Source of the DNA: Neisseriales bacterium
GTDB taxonomy: Bacteria > Pseudomonadota > Gammaproteobacteria > Burkholderiales > Q3-R57-64
DNA: 64,000 bases
Direction: 5' to 3'
Assembly (NCBI GenBank): GCA_016699915.1
Contig: CP064990.1
Span: forward strand, 448,671 to 512,670
Shown: one piece after another, positions 21,697 to 35,422 of the stretch
How positions within the stretch are numbered: the stretch's first letter is position 1
Layout: every line of letters begins with the position of its first letter
Translations under genes and position numbers: made by a program
The notes under the pieces: model-generated
Told to the model about the DNA's origin: nothing
The model's database searches: none
Seen by the model: the letters and a program-made list of their open reading frames with translations, nothing else

Positions 21697-21803
21697 AGTT
21701 TTTGTTTCTATAAAACGTTGTAAGTTTTTATAAGAAGTAACAGCTCGGTCTAATAATCGTTTTAACTGGTTAGCCATGTACGGTACTCTTATCGCATATC
21801 GCA

Positions 21804-23078
21804 TCAGGCCGACTGAGCAGATAAAGACTCAATGTTTTTGTTAAGATGATAAGTAATCAAAGGTTTTTCTTTTAGTTTAATGGTCGCTTCATCAACAACA
21901 ATCCTATCTATATCTTGCAGATGGGGTAGGTCGTACATAATATCAAGTAGTACATCTTCAATAATTGAGCGTAAGCCTCGTGCTCCTGTCTTTTTGGCAA
22001 GTGCTTTTTTAGCGATCGCTCGTAATGCTGCAGGTTTAAATTCTAAGGTTGCACCTTCCATTCTAAATAGTTTTTGATATTGCTTAACCAATGCGTTTTT
22101 GGGTTGTGTCAAAATAATAACCAGCGCTTCTTCATCCAGCTCTTCGAGTGTACTGATGATAGGTAACCGACCAATCAATTCTGGAATAAGGCCAAATTTA
22201 ATTAAATCCTCAGGTTCGACTTCTCGAAGTAGCGTAGCTGTTGAGGTCGTTGTATTTTTGCTTAAAATTTCAGCGCTAAATCCCATACCGCTTTTACCTA
22301 AACGGTTCATAATCGTGTGGCTTAAGCCATCAAAAGCTCCACCACAAATGAATAAAATATTAGCAGTATCTACTTGAACAAAATCTTGATTGGGGTGTTT
22401 ACGACCACCTTGGGGTGGTACGGAAGCTACGGTTCCTTCTATAAGCTTCAATAAAGCCTGTTGAACGCCTTCTCCAGATACATCGCGGGTAATAGACGGG
22501 TTGTCAGACTTTCTTGAAATTTTGTCAATTTCATCAATATAAACAATGCCGCGTTCTGCTTTTTTGATATCGTAATCACATTTTACTAATAGTTTTTGAA
22601 TAATTTGCTCAACATCTTCTCCGACATAACCAGCTTCAGTTAACGTAGTTGCGTCAGCAATGACAAAAGGTACGTCTAAAATTTTAGCAAGTGTTTGAGC
22701 CAACAGGGTTTTACCAGAACCCGTTGGACCAATAAGTAAAATGTTGCTCTTGGATAACTCTATATCATCTTGCACATCTTGCTGCACTGATATAAGACGC
22801 TTGTAATGGTTATATACGCTCACCGCAAGAGATTTTTTAGCTGCTTCTTGAGCGATGACATAATCATCCAATGTAGCCCGTATTACTTTTGGTGTTGGCA
22901 ATTGACTTGATGCTGATGGTTCTACCGTCTGTTCTTTTGGTATATGCTCTTGTAGCATTTCGCTACACAATTGAATACATTCATCACAAATATAAACTTG
23001 GGGACCTGCTACAAGGCGATGTACCTCGCGTTGATTTTTACCGCAAAACGAGCAAAGCAAAAGCGTTTCTTCTGTCAT
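21804..23078 (-). CDS. clpX: ATP-dependent Clp protease ATP-binding subunit ClpX
   Basis: 424 aa. Zinc-finger CSFCGK...CDEC, Walker A GPTGSGKT, and IGF-loop region. Confidence 0.95.
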   Translation of the reverse strand: MTEETLLLCSFCGKNQREVHRLVAGPQVYICDECIQLCSEMLQEHIPKEQTVEPSASSQLPTPKVIRATLDDYVIAQEAAKKSLAVSVYNHYKRLISVQQDVQDDIELSKSNILLIGPTGSGKTLLAQTLAKILDVPFVIADATTLTEAGYVGEDVEQIIQKLLVKCDYDIKKAERGIVYIDEIDKISRKSDNPSITRDVSGEGVQQALLKLIEGTVASVPPQGGRKHPNQDFVQVDTANILFICGGAFDGLSHTIMNRLGKSGMGFSAEILSKNTTTSTATLLREVEPEDLIKFGLIPELIGRLPIISTLEELDEEALVIILTQPKNALVKQYQKLFRMEGATLEFKPAALRAIAKKALAKKTGARGLRSIIEDVLLDIMYDLPHLQDIDRIVVDEATIKLKEKPLITYHLNKNIESLSAQSA

Positions 23079-23081
23079 AAC

Positions 23082-23690
23082 TTACTGTCTTAAATGAGGT
23101 CGAACGGTTAAGATTTCGTCAATTAAACCATATTGTTTTGCATCCTGCGCCGACATAAAATGGTCACGGTCGGTATCAGTTAGAATTTCCTTTACTGTAC
23201 GATTGCAGTGCTTAGCCATTAATTCGTTTAATTTTGCTTTGGTATCAATCAATTCCCTTGCATGTATTTCAATGTCCGAAGCCTGCCCTTGCAATCCTTT
23301 TACATGAGGTTGATGAATCATAATACGACTATTTGGTAGGGCAAAACGTTTATTTTTTTGGCCAGCTGACAATAAAAATGCGCCCATACTAGCAGCTTGT
23401 CCTAAACAAAGCGTTGAAATATCTGGTTTGATAAAATTCATCGTGTCATAAATCGAAAAACCCGCAGAAATAGATCCGCCCGGTGAATTAATATAGAGAA
23501 AAATATCTTTTTCTGGATTTTCTGCTTCCAAAAATAAAAGTTGCGCAACCACTAAATTCGCTGTTTGATCATTAATTAATCCAACCATAAAAATAATACG
23601 CTCTTTAAGTAAGCGGGAATAAATATCATAAGCACGTTCACCGCGGCCACTTTTTTCAACAACCATCGGTACCAAATTTGCTTCAAACAT
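23082..23690 (-). CDS. clpP: ATP-dependent Clp protease proteolytic subunit ClpP
   Basis: 202 aa. GQAASMGA (active-site Ser), IMIHQP (His) and DRD motifs. Confidence 0.95.
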   Translation of the reverse strand: MFEANLVPMVVEKSGRGERAYDIYSRLLKERIIFMVGLINDQTANLVVAQLLFLEAENPEKDIFLYINSPGGSISAGFSIYDTMNFIKPDISTLCLGQAASMGAFLLSAGQKNKRFALPNSRIMIHQPHVKGLQGQASDIEIHARELIDTKAKLNELMAKHCNRTVKEILTDTDRDHFMSAQDAKQYGLIDEILTVRPHLRQ

Positions 23691-23771
23691 ATTTTCTTAT
23701 CCTATAGTCCTGTATACCTACTATTTTTTTAATAGCTTCTTCATTTTAGGTAATTACTGTTTTTTGACCAA

Positions 23772-25151
23772 CTAAACATCGGATTTTTTATTGATCTGGG
23801 GCGACTTAACGTTTTTTCTCTTTGCGGAAGAAGGTTTAGAAATTGACTTTATTGGTTGTATCTCCATGATTTCAGCAAAAGTAACAGGTTGCTCGACCAA
23901 TTTGACCTGTTGAAGCACCCATTTAATGACTGTTTCTTCTAACGCAATCTTTGCAGCACTCGCCAAGCGATTTTTATCGGCATAGTACCAATCTATAATT
24001 TTTTTCGGATCCTCATAAGTGTCCGCAATGTGATCAACCGTCGTTTTGATATCCTCAGGTTTAGCTGTTAGCTGTTGGGATTGAATAATTTGACTAAAAA
24101 TGATATTAAGCGCCACATTGCGCTCGGCATTTTTTTGGAAAATTTGGCGCGGCAATGATTTTACTCCCTTATCGCTTTGTGACAAACGTTTTTCTGTATC
24201 TTCAACCAAACGCTGTATTTCTTTTTCTACTAAACAAAGCGGAAGTTTTATAGGCACTGCTTCTAACAGCATATTCATGACATTTTCGCGTGTTTTAAAA
24301 TATAAACGGCGATCTACTTCTTTTTCAATATTACTGCGTACTGCTACAAGAAGTTTATCAACATCGCCATCTACGATCCCTAACTTTTTTGCAAAAGTAG
24401 TATCTAAATTTGGCAGGGACGGTTCCTCTATTTTCTTTACAGTAATAACAAATTCTGCAGTTTTTCCAGCTAACGTTGGGCTATGATAATCCTTCGGAAA
24501 GGGTACTTTAACTGTATTGGTTTCTCCTACCTGCATACCGATAATTGATTTTTCAAATGCTGGCAGTAGCCGTCCTTGACCCAAAATTAACACAAAATCC
24601 GCTGCTTTACCTCCTTCAAATGGTTTTTTACTGAGCGTGCCCTCAAAGTCAATTGTGATACGATCACCACTACATGCAGCACGCTTTATTAAGTTAAATT
24701 GGACATGCTGTTTTCGCAACATTAACACTGTTTGATCAATGTCTTCATTTGTTACTACTGTCGTTGGTTTATTGACTGTTTTTGTAAATAGATCTTGAAT
24801 GAGCACTTCTGGATACACTTCGAATATTGCTTTAAAACTAAATACATTGCCATCAGTTGGTTGATCACTTAGCTCGAATTCAGGTACGCCGACGATTTGT
24901 AGGTTATGATCAGACAAAGCTTGCTCAAAGCTACTATTGACTAATTCTCCGATAACTTCACGGCGGATAGACTGGCCATAATTTGCTGCAATAATAGAAA
25001 GCGGTGCTTTACCAGGTCGAAATCCAGCGATTTTTGTGCGGACAGATAAATGTTTTAATCGTTCTGCTATTTTCTGCTCAATAACTGGTGCTGGAATCGC
25101 AATATGCATTTTGTGCTGGAGATTAGCTAACTTATCAAGCTTTACTTGCAT
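23772..25151 (-). CDS. tig: Trigger factor
   Basis: GFRPGKAP ribosome-binding motif and an FKBP-type domain, in tig-clpP-clpX-lon synteny. ATG 25151 (MQVKLDKL) is preferred over the TTG at 25157. Confidence 0.9.
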   Translation of the reverse strand: MQVKLDKLANLQHKMHIAIPAPVIEQKIAERLKHLSVRTKIAGFRPGKAPLSIIAANYGQSIRREVIGELVNSSFEQALSDHNLQIVGVPEFELSDQPTDGNVFSFKAIFEVYPEVLIQDLFTKTVNKPTTVVTNEDIDQTVLMLRKQHVQFNLIKRAACSGDRITIDFEGTLSKKPFEGGKAADFVLILGQGRLLPAFEKSIIGMQVGETNTVKVPFPKDYHSPTLAGKTAEFVITVKKIEEPSLPNLDTTFAKKLGIVDGDVDKLLVAVRSNIEKEVDRRLYFKTRENVMNMLLEAVPIKLPLCLVEKEIQRLVEDTEKRLSQSDKGVKSLPRQIFQKNAERNVALNIIFSQIIQSQQLTAKPEDIKTTVDHIADTYEDPKKIIDWYYADKNRLASAAKIALEETVIKWVLQQVKLVEQPVTFAEIMEIQPIKSISKPSSAKRKNVKSPQINKKSDV

Positions 25152-25186
25152 AACCAAACCTTAAATTTTAGGGTTGAACAAATTTT

Positions 25187-25271
25187 TGGTGCGAAAGGAG
25201 GGACTCGAACCCTCACAGGTCACCCCGCTGGAACCTAAATCCAGTGCGTCTACCAATTCCGCCACTTTCGC
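25187..25271 (-). tRNA. tRNA-Leu (anticodon UAG)
   Basis: The reverse complement folds as a cloverleaf. Acceptor stem GCGAAAG/CTTTCGC; anticodon stem CTGGA/TCCAG with loop TTTAGGT (anticodon TAG); long variable arm; T-arm GAGGG-TTCGAGT-CCCTC; encoded CCA. 85 nt. Confidence 0.9.
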
Positions 25272-25428
25272 TTAATTAGCCAACATAATTTAAATATTTT
25301 CCACAATGGTTAACACTAAAAATAACCTTATTGAAGGCAAATCAAAGCAGGAATCGTGTGAATCTAGATAGCAAACACTATGCTATCATTTCCACTATAA
25401 TCATATCATATCCATATATTGATATCTC

Positions 25429-26232
25429 ATGAAGAATCACAGTATGAACAAGATCTTAGTGTTTGATATTGAAACTGTGCCCGATATCAAAGGCTTACGC
25501 CTTATTCATCGTTTACCGCATACAACGCAAGATGAGGCAGTCTATCAATTTGCACTTCGCGTTCGTCGTGAACAGGGACAGAGCGATTTTTTTCCTGTAC
25601 ATTTACAAAAAGTGATAGCAATTTCTTTTTTGTATCGACAAAAAGAAAGCGACATACATATTGGTACTATTGGTCACTTAGGGGACGATGAGCCAATACT
25701 ACTTACAAAATTTTTTCAAAAAATTGACAAATATTTACCCATACTTGTTTCGTGGAATGGGAATGGTTTTGATTTACCCGTTTTACAACATCGAAGCCTA
25801 GTTCATGGCATCTCGTCATTCTGTTATTGGAATACAGAAGGCGAAGCAAAATGGCAAAACTATCTCAACCGCTATCAATTTCGCCATATTGATTTGATGG
25901 ATATTTTATCGCGCTATCAACTTCAATCACGTGCTTCTTTATCGGATATGGCGAGATTATGTGGTTTTCCAGGCAAACTAGATATGGATGGTAGCGATGT
26001 TTGGCAAGTCTTTCAAGAGGGTGATTTGCAAAAAATTCGCAACTACTGCGAGGGAGATGTAGTAAATACCTACCTCTTATTTTTGCGTTTTCAGCGGCTG
26101 CGTGGACTATTAACGCAAGAATATTATGAAGATGAAATACAGTTACTGCAGTCTTGGCTAAAAAAACAAGATAGTCTGTACTGGCAACAATTTCTTGAAG
26201 TATGGCAACCCGCAACGGTTGCTATCCATTAA
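25429..26232 (+). CDS. Stand-alone 3'-5' exonuclease related to the PolB exonuclease domain (RNase H-like fold)
   Basis: 267 aa with ExoI VFDIETVPD, ExoII WNGNGFDLPVL and ExoIII YCEGDVVNTY motifs. There is no polymerase domain. An alternative start is ATG 25444 (MNKILVF). Confidence 0.65.
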   Translation: MKNHSMNKILVFDIETVPDIKGLRLIHRLPHTTQDEAVYQFALRVRREQGQSDFFPVHLQKVIAISFLYRQKESDIHIGTIGHLGDDEPILLTKFFQKIDKYLPILVSWNGNGFDLPVLQHRSLVHGISSFCYWNTEGEAKWQNYLNRYQFRHIDLMDILSRYQLQSRASLSDMARLCGFPGKLDMDGSDVWQVFQEGDLQKIRNYCEGDVVNTYLLFLRFQRLRGLLTQEYYEDEIQLLQSWLKKQDSLYWQQFLEVWQPATVAIH

Positions 26233-26266
26233 ATAGCTATGCTGGGAATAATTTTTGGGTTGACCT

Positions 26267-28171
26267 GTGATACATCCGATTAAATATGACGTAATTGTTG
26301 TAGGGGCTGGTCATGCCGGAACAGAGGCTGCTCTAGCTGCAGCGCGCGTGGGTTGCCAAACCCTGCTCATTACACATAATCTAGACACACTAGGTCATAT
26401 GTCTTGTAATCCATCCATTGGTGGTATCGGAAAAGGTCAGCTTGTCAAAGAAATTGATGCTTTGGGTGGCATTATGGGACGAGCAGCTGATATATCTGGC
26501 ATACAGTTTCGCACTCTCAATAGTAGTAAGGGTCCCGCAGTCAGATCCACGCGCGCTCAAATTGATCGCATGCTCTATAAAATTACAATCCGTCGCGCAC
26601 TAGAAAATCAACCCAATTTGATGCTCTGTCAAATGGAAGTAGAGGATATACGCATATTAAATGGCACGGTTTCAGAAATATTAACAAGTGCTGGCGTTGC
26701 CTTTAAAGCGAAGGCTATTGTATTAGCAACCGGTACATTTTTGGCGGGCAAAATCCATATTGGCTTAAAGCATTATTCGGGCGGACAAGCAGGTCATCCT
26801 GCATCAGACAAATTAAGCAATTGCTTGCAGTCTATTGCGCTACCCGTTGCAAGACTAAAAACGGGAACACCGCCTCGTATTGACGGGCGCACAATTAATT
26901 TTACAGCCTTAGTTAAACAGCCCAGCGATGATCCTTTGCCCTCCTTCTCTTCTTTAACTAAAACCCCTGACCATCCTCGTCAAATTCCTTGTTGGATTAC
27001 AAGAACGAATGCCAAAACAAAAGAGGTAATACTTAAGTCGCTAGATCGCAGCCCTATGTTTACAGGACTCATTAAAAGCGTTGGGCCGCGCTATTGCCCT
27101 TCTATTGAAGATAAAGTTCACCGCTTTGCACACCGTGATGGGCATCAAATTTTTCTAGAACCAGAGGGTCTCAATACATACGAATACTATCCTAATGGTT
27201 TAGCGACGAGTTTGCCATTCGATACACAGTTAGCATTAATTCATACGATTCCCGGTCTTGAAGACGCACATATTTTACGACCTGGGTATGCCATTGAATA
27301 TGATTACTTTGACCCACGTTTCCTTAAAACTTCTTTGGAAAGTAAAATTATCCAAGGATTGTTCCTTGCGGGTCAAATTAATGGCACAACAGGCTATGAA
27401 GAAGCCGCAGCACAGGGATTACTTGCCGGGATTAATGCTGCAAGATTCGCTAAATCTTTGCCATCATGGTCACCTGAGCGCCATGAAGCTTATTTGGGTG
27501 TTATGGTTGACGATTTAATTACCAAGGGAGTATCCGAGCCTTACCGTATGTTCACTAGTCGCGCAGAATATCGCCTACAGCTTCGAGAAGATAATGCTGA
27601 TATACGTTTGACTGGTATTGGACGCAAACTAGGATTAGTTCCTGATGAACAGTGGCAAATTTTTGTAAGTAAACAAATGGCCATAGAAAAAGAAATCGCT
27701 CGACTTGCCAAAATCTGGGTGGATCCTCGCCAGCTGTCCGACAGGGAGCAGAGAACTATTTTGGGGCAGCTGATTGAACATGAATACACGTTGTATGATC
27801 TATTGAGACGACCTCATATTACTTATGATGAGCTCATGGCACTTTCCTTGGCACAACCCGATATACCGCTTGCTACAACTATAAAAGAAGCTGTTGAGAC
27901 ACAAATTAAATATCAAGGTTATATTCAGCGCCAAGCTAAAGAAATTGCTAAAAATCAGTATTTGGCACAAATCACGCTTCCTTCTTACTTTGATTATTCA
28001 CAATTAGAAGGGTTGTCTTGCGAAGCGCGACAAAAACTTAATCAACATCAACCAGAGACTTTGGCTCAAGCTGCAAGAATTTCTGGTGTTACACCTGCTG
28101 CCATTAGTTTACTCATGGTTTACGCTAAACGTGGTTTTAAATGTGATGCAGCCGACTCCTGCACACATTGA
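26267..28171 (+). CDS. mnmG: tRNA uridine 5-carboxymethylaminomethyl modification enzyme MnmG (GidA)
   Basis: 634 aa, GTG start. FAD fold [16 protein letters not shown], and [21 protein letters not shown]. Confidence 0.95.
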   Translation: MIHPIKYDVIVVGAGHAGTEAALAAARVGCQTLLITHNLDTLGHMSCNPSIGGIGKGQLVKEIDALGGIMGRAADISGIQFRTLNSSKGPAVRSTRAQIDRMLYKITIRRALENQPNLMLCQMEVEDIRILNGTVSEILTSAGVAFKAKAIVLATGTFLAGKIHIGLKHYSGGQAGHPASDKLSNCLQSIALPVARLKTGTPPRIDGRTINFTALVKQPSDDPLPSFSSLTKTPDHPRQIPCWITRTNAKTKEVILKSLDRSPMFTGLIKSVGPRYCPSIEDKVHRFAHRDGHQIFLEPEGLNTYEYYPNGLATSLPFDTQLALIHTIPGLEDAHILRPGYAIEYDYFDPRFLKTSLESKIIQGLFLAGQINGTTGYEEAAAQGLLAGINAARFAKSLPSWSPERHEAYLGVMVDDLITKGVSEPYRMFTSRAEYRLQLREDNADIRLTGIGRKLGLVPDEQWQIFVSKQMAIEKEIARLAKIWVDPRQLSDREQRTILGQLIEHEYTLYDLLRRPHITYDELMALSLAQPDIPLATTIKEAVETQIKYQGYIQRQAKEIAKNQYLAQITLPSYFDYSQLEGLSCEARQKLNQHQPETLAQAARISGVTPAAISLLMVYAKRGFKCDAADSCTH

Positions 28172-28793
28172 CCCGCTCATTCGTCGGCTGAATTTAATAT
28201 TCAACCATTACCAGCTTGAGCAATGCTGTGCTTTGTTAGCTTTACTTGCCAAGTGGAATCATACCTATAACCTTGTTTCGGCTAACAGCATAAAACAACT
28301 AGTTAGTTACCATTTGCTAGATGCATTAACTATTGCAAACAGCATAAAACAGTTATGCCCTAAAAATATTTTAGATGTCGGGTCAGGAGCAGGTTTCCCC
28401 GGTATACCATTGGCAATCGCATTACCTAAAACAAGTGTCACGTTAATTGATTCGAGCCAGAAAAAAACTGCTTTTTTGCGCCAAGCGAAAATAGAAATTG
28501 CAATACCTAATATCCACGTTGTCACTCAAAAAGTGGAGAGTTGGCAAACACCGATACTTTTTGATTGCATCGTAAGTCGTGCATTTTCTACGCTGGCAAT
28601 TTTCACACAAAAAACACGCCATCTTATCGCTCAACAAGGCAAGTGGTTTGCTATGAAAGGAGATTTATCAATGATTGATTTTGAAGTTTTGCCCGTTGAT
28701 ATTGTTATTAGTCGAGTTATTGCTTTGACAATACCTGATGTTAAAGCTACACGTCATTTGATTGTATTGAATCATCAAAATACTGCTTTGTAG
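28146..28793 (+). CDS. rsmG: 16S rRNA (guanine527-N7)-methyltransferase RsmG (GidB)
   Basis: SAM motif [18 protein letters not shown] prefer ATG 28146 (215 aa), which overlaps the mnmG end by 26 nt. The ORF-track start at 28086 adds an implausible extension. Confidence 0.85.
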   Translation: MQPTPAHIDPLIRRLNLIFNHYQLEQCCALLALLAKWNHTYNLVSANSIKQLVSYHLLDALTIANSIKQLCPKNILDVGSGAGFPGIPLAIALPKTSVTLIDSSQKKTAFLRQAKIEIAIPNIHVVTQKVESWQTPILFDCIVSRAFSTLAIFTQKTRHLIAQQGKWFAMKGDLSMIDFEVLPVDIVISRVIALTIPDVKATRHLIVLNHQNTAL

Positions 28794-28905
28794 CATTGCC
28801 AAAATGGTGTTTTGGTCTTACTATTGCAATCTTTACAATTTTAGTATTTAGTTGCGTCGGTTAAATCAATTCTTGTAAGAAATTATCATTATATTTCATT
28901 GATTT

Positions 28906-29745
28906 ATGGCTATTGAATTAACGCCCAAGTCCTATATTGTTCACCATTTGACCAATCTAACACATACGGGTCATTTACAAGAGCGGGTGGTTGATTTTCA
29001 CTTATTGAATATTGATTCCATTCTTTGGTCAATAATTGCTGGATTGATTATTCTGGTGTCCTTATATGCCATTATAAAGCCTGCAACAGCAAGCACACCT
29101 AATCGTTGGCAGGCTGCAGTGGAGTTACTTGTTGAATTTGTTGCTAACCAATCTAGAACCATTGTCCGTGGCAAACAGTCTTTTGTAGCCCCTTTAGCCT
29201 TAATTACCTTTTTGTGGGTGGTGATGATGAATAGCTTTGATTTACTACCTGTTGATTTAATGCCTAGCGTTATGGAATATTTAGGTGTTCAGCATAACCA
29301 TATGCGTATCGTGCCAACTGCTGATTTAAATACAACATTAGGTATGGCGCTTGGTGTTTTTGGTATGAGCTTGTTTTTTAATCTGCGACATAAACATCTA
29401 AGTGGATTCTGCAAAGAGCTTGTCACTGTGCCATTTGGTGCCAATCTATTTTTTTGGCCATTTAACCTGCTACTGAATCTTATAGAATATATTGCTAAAA
29501 CATTATCGCTAGGCATGCGATTATTTGGCAATATGCTCGCTGGGGAATTAATATTCTGTTTAATTGCACTACTTGGCACACTGTGGACGGGTTTAAATTT
29601 TACCTCTTTACTGGGTGTGGCAGGTCATTTTCTCGCAGGTATTGCTTGGGCAATATTTCATATTTTGATTATCGTACTACAAGGCTTTATTTTTATGATG
29701 CTCACGCTAGTATATATAGGTCAAGCTTGTGATCACCATACATAA
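28906..29745 (+). CDS. atpB: F0F1 ATP synthase subunit a
   Basis: 279 aa. LGMRLFGNMLAGE motif with the essential Arg. First gene of the atp operon; there is no atpI ORF in the 112-nt gap upstream. Confidence 0.95.
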   Translation: MAIELTPKSYIVHHLTNLTHTGHLQERVVDFHLLNIDSILWSIIAGLIILVSLYAIIKPATASTPNRWQAAVELLVEFVANQSRTIVRGKQSFVAPLALITFLWVVMMNSFDLLPVDLMPSVMEYLGVQHNHMRIVPTADLNTTLGMALGVFGMSLFFNLRHKHLSGFCKELVTVPFGANLFFWPFNLLLNLIEYIAKTLSLGMRLFGNMLAGELIFCLIALLGTLWTGLNFTSLLGVAGHFLAGIAWAIFHILIIVLQGFIFMMLTLVYIGQACDHHT

Positions 29746-29750
29746 TCTAA

Positions 29751-30041
<291 letters not shown>

Positions 30042-30086
30042 TATTAATAGCTTATTTATATAAATGATTGCTATAGGACTTACATT

Positions 30087-30560
30087 GTGAACATAAACGC
30101 TACACTGTTGGTACAGTTGGCAGTGTTTTTTTCGCTGGCTTGGATTACGACAAAATATATCTGGCCTCCTATTACACGTGTTTTGGATGCACGCATAAAG
30201 AAGATAGCCGATGCTTTGTCTGCAGCAGAGCGTAGCGAGCAAGATCTTTTACTTATCAAAGAGCGCATTCAAACACAACTGCAATCCGCTCATGATCAAG
30301 CTGCCATCATCCTAGATGAAGCACATGTACGAGCTAAAAAGATCATTGAAGAGGCACAAACACTTACTAAACAGACTGCTGAGCAATATTTATCTAAAAC
30401 ACATCAACAAATTGAGCAAGAAAGACTGCAAGCTAAAAAAGCTTTGCAAGCTGAGTTAGCAAGTTTGGTAGTGGAGGGCGTCGAAAGTATTCTTCATAAA
30501 GAAGTTGATATAAAAGTACATGCTGATTTGCTTGATAAACTTAAACTCAATATGCGTTGA
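30087..30560 (+). CDS. atpF: F0F1 ATP synthase subunit b
   Basis: 157 aa with an N-terminal TM helix and then a long charged helix. Position within the operon supports the call. Confidence 0.9.
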   Translation: MNINATLLVQLAVFFSLAWITTKYIWPPITRVLDARIKKIADALSAAERSEQDLLLIKERIQTQLQSAHDQAAIILDEAHVRAKKIIEEAQTLTKQTAEQYLSKTHQQIEQERLQAKKALQAELASLVVEGVESILHKEVDIKVHADLLDKLKLNMR

Positions 30561-30562
30561 TT

Positions 30563-31117
30563 ATGACTGCTTTAAACCATGTAGCGCAATCTTACGCTAG
30601 GGCTCTGTTTGATATTGCCAAATCAACAAATAGTTCGGAAGAGTGGTCGGCAATATTAGCAAATCTTGCTGCTTTAACTCAGCCAAAATCCATGCAGTAT
30701 TTGCTTAATCACCCTAATTTTTCTTCTGCAATGCTGCGCAAGCTATTGATGCATCATATTGCTCAATGTTATCAACAGCCTGTTAGCAATCTATTAGCTT
30801 TGCTAAAAAAGTATAAGCGCCTAGCCATTCTGCCCAGCATTCATCAAGCATTTTTACAGCTAAAACTCGCTTCGGAAAATAAAGTAGCTGTAACGGTTGA
30901 GTCGGCTTTTGAACTAACAAAAACGCAAATTGCACGTCTTGAGCGGCAATTATCTGAGCAACATAAAAAACAGGCAGTGTTAGCCATTAAACATTGTCCA
31001 GCACTGATAGGTGGCATCAAAATTGTGATTAAAAACGAAGTATGGGATCAATCTATTCTAGGTTTACTTAACCATATCAAAGCAAGTTTTAAAAACAAGG
31101 AGCATCCATGCAGTTAA
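30563..31117 (+). CDS. atpH: F0F1 ATP synthase subunit delta
   Basis: OSCP/delta family ([10 protein letters not shown]-terminus). ATG 30563 is preferred over TTG 30557. Confidence 0.85.
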   Translation: MTALNHVAQSYARALFDIAKSTNSSEEWSAILANLAALTQPKSMQYLLNHPNFSSAMLRKLLMHHIAQCYQQPVSNLLALLKKYKRLAILPSIHQAFLQLKLASENKVAVTVESAFELTKTQIARLERQLSEQHKKQAVLAIKHCPALIGGIKIVIKNEVWDQSILGLLNHIKASFKNKEHPCS

Positions 31118-32676
31118 ATCCGTCCGAAATTAGCGCATTTATTAAGGCTAATATACAGGGTTTGCCTGACCTTACTACTGCTTACCATAAAGGTACAGTT
31201 ATATCGGTAGCCGATGGCATTGTTCGCATTTATGGTCTTGACCAAGCAATGGTTGGCGAATTACTGCAATTTCCAAATGATGTGTTTGGATTGGTGATGA
31301 ATTTAGAACAAGATTCAGTTGGAGCAGTCATTCTAGGAGAGTATGCGCATATTACCGAAGGTGATGAAGTAATCTGTACAGGACGTATTCTAGAAGTTCC
31401 TGTCGGACCTGCTTTAGTTGGTCGTGTTGTCAATGCCTTAGGGCAACCTATTGATGGCAAGGGTCAAATTGAAGCAGCCTATTTTTCACCTATTGAAAAA
31501 ATTGCACCCGGTGTTATTTGGCGCCAATCTGTCTCGCAACCTTTACAAACTGGATACAAATCTATTGACGCCATGATCCCTATTGGTAGAGGGCAACGTG
31601 AATTAATTATTGGTGATCGCCAGATTGGTAAAACTACCTTGGCGGTTGATACCATCATTCGACAAAAAAATACTGGTGTTATTTGTATTTATGTTGCTAT
31701 TGGCCAAAAGAATTCTTCAATTGCTGGGCTTGTGCATAAATTGATTGAATATGATGCTTTAAAACACACGATTGTTGTTGTTGCTGCCGCTGCTGAATCT
31801 GCTGCATTACAGTATATTGCACCGTACGCTGGCTGTACGATGGGAGAATATTTCCGTGATCGAGGAGAGGATGCACTCATTATTTATGATGACCTTTCTA
31901 AACAAGCTGTTGCTTATCGACAAATTTCTCTACTACTTCGTCGACCACCTGGTCGTGAAGCTTATCCTGGAGATGTGTTTTATCTTCACTCGCGCCTGCT
32001 AGAGCGTGCAGCACGCGTTAATGCAGATTATGTTGAAAAAGCAACAAATGGTCAGGTAAAAGGTAAAACAGGTTCTTTGACAGCATTACCTATTATTGAA
32101 ACACAAGCAGGTGATGTATCGGCTTTTGTACCCACCAATGTTATTTCGATTACAGATGGACAAATTTTTCTAGGAGCCGATTTATTTTATGCAGGGATTC
32201 GCCCCGCGGTTGATGTTGGTGTCTCCGTATCCCGTGTTGGTGGTGCGGCACAAACGAAAATTATTAAACAGCTTGCGGGTGGTGTAAAATTGGCACTAGC
32301 GCAATATCGCGAACTTGCTGCTTTTTCACAGTTTGCTTCCGACCTTGATGACGTAACACGTAAACAACTACAGCATGGTCAGATAGTCACCGAATTGATG
32401 AAACAAAAACACTTTTCTACGCTGAGTATTGCAGAAATCGCTTTAACACTCTGGTGTATTAGCCAAGGCTGTTATGAAGATATACCTGTCGAACAAGCTC
32501 TATCCTTTGAGGCAGGCTTTCATACTTATGTTATGGATCATTATCCTGATCTGATTAGTGGTATTAATAAAACGGGCGAAAACTTCACAGGAGAGCAAGA
32601 AACCATCCTAAAAGAAGCAATAAAATCTTTCAAGATCACGTTTAATAGTAAATGGATCAATCATAAAAATGATTAA
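31108..32676 (+). CDS. atpA: F0F1 ATP synthase subunit alpha
   Basis: 522 aa. Walker [10 protein letters not shown], plus the [41 protein letters not shown] block. Confidence 0.95.
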   Translation: MQLNPSEISAFIKANIQGLPDLTTAYHKGTVISVADGIVRIYGLDQAMVGELLQFPNDVFGLVMNLEQDSVGAVILGEYAHITEGDEVICTGRILEVPVGPALVGRVVNALGQPIDGKGQIEAAYFSPIEKIAPGVIWRQSVSQPLQTGYKSIDAMIPIGRGQRELIIGDRQIGKTTLAVDTIIRQKNTGVICIYVAIGQKNSSIAGLVHKLIEYDALKHTIVVVAAAAESAALQYIAPYAGCTMGEYFRDRGEDALIIYDDLSKQAVAYRQISLLLRRPPGREAYPGDVFYLHSRLLERAARVNADYVEKATNGQVKGKTGSLTALPIIETQAGDVSAFVPTNVISITDGQIFLGADLFYAGIRPAVDVGVSVSRVGGAAQTKIIKQLAGGVKLALAQYRELAAFSQFASDLDDVTRKQLQHGQIVTELMKQKHFSTLSIAEIALTLWCISQGCYEDIPVEQALSFEAGFHTYVMDHYPDLISGINKTGENFTGEQETILKEAIKSFKITFNSKWINHKND

Positions 32677-33532
32677 TAGGGGCATTTTAACAAAAATCAA
32701 AAACGTTCAAAACACGCAAAAAATTACGCGCGCGATGCAGATGGTATCTGTGGCCAAAATGCATAAAACGCAAGAGCATATTAATATGGCGCGCCCCTAT
32801 GCAGAAAAAGTACGCGCTGTGATGGCGCACTTATCAATGACTAATACCGATATTAAATTACCTTTTCTTAAACCCCATTCATCTGTTTCGCGCGCTGGCA
32901 TAATACTTGTTACCAGCGATAAAGGTTTGTGTGGAGGATTAAACATTAATCTCATCAAACGTTTTTTGCATCAAGTACATGAATTATCTGCCAGTCATAT
33001 CACGACAGAAGCATGTTGTTTAGGTTTAAAAGGGTTGATTGCCTGTAAAAAAGCACATATTGATGTCATTGCAAGCGCCGTTGAGCTGGGTGATACACCG
33101 CAAATGGATAATCTTATCGGTCCGGTATCACGTGTCTTGCAACGATATGAAGAACAAAGCGTTGATATGATTTATATACTGTACTCTCGTTTTATTAATT
33201 CAATGAAACAAATACCAGTACTCGAGCAAATTGTCCCGCTGACAGGAGATCATACGAAAGTCAGTAGTGGATACGCCATTGACTACTTATATGAGCCCGA
33301 TGCACAAGCAGTATTGCAATGGTTAGTCAAGCGTTATATTGAGTCGGTGATTTATCAAGCGGTCGCCGATAATATGGCCTCTGAGCAAGCCGCAAGAATG
33401 GTAGCTATGAAAGCCGCAACCGATAATGCTGACCATGTCTTAAAAGAATTGCTCTTAACTTATAACAAGTCTCGCCAAGCTGCTATTACGACAGAATTAT
33501 CTGAAATTATGGCAGGTGCAGCAGCGGTATAG
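32669..33532 (+). CDS. atpG: F0F1 ATP synthase subunit gamma
   Basis: 287 aa. [23 protein letters not shown]-terminus and [16 protein letters not shown]-terminus. Confidence 0.95.
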   Translation: MINRGILTKIKNVQNTQKITRAMQMVSVAKMHKTQEHINMARPYAEKVRAVMAHLSMTNTDIKLPFLKPHSSVSRAGIILVTSDKGLCGGLNINLIKRFLHQVHELSASHITTEACCLGLKGLIACKKAHIDVIASAVELGDTPQMDNLIGPVSRVLQRYEEQSVDMIYILYSRFINSMKQIPVLEQIVPLTGDHTKVSSGYAIDYLYEPDAQAVLQWLVKRYIESVIYQAVADNMASEQAARMVAMKAATDNADHVLKELLLTYNKSRQAAITTELSEIMAGAAAV

Positions 33533-33537
33533 GATAA

Positions 33538-35405
<1,868 letters not shown>

Positions 35406-35422
35406 AAAGGGAGATTAAACGA

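Noticed and set aside
25272-26266. Possible oriC next to mnmG (gidA), as in E. coli.
   Set aside because: The mnmG-proximal spacers are short (157 nt and 34 nt). They contain no cluster of TTATCCACA-type DnaA boxes or AT-rich 13-mers, and a protein-coding gene occupies the space.
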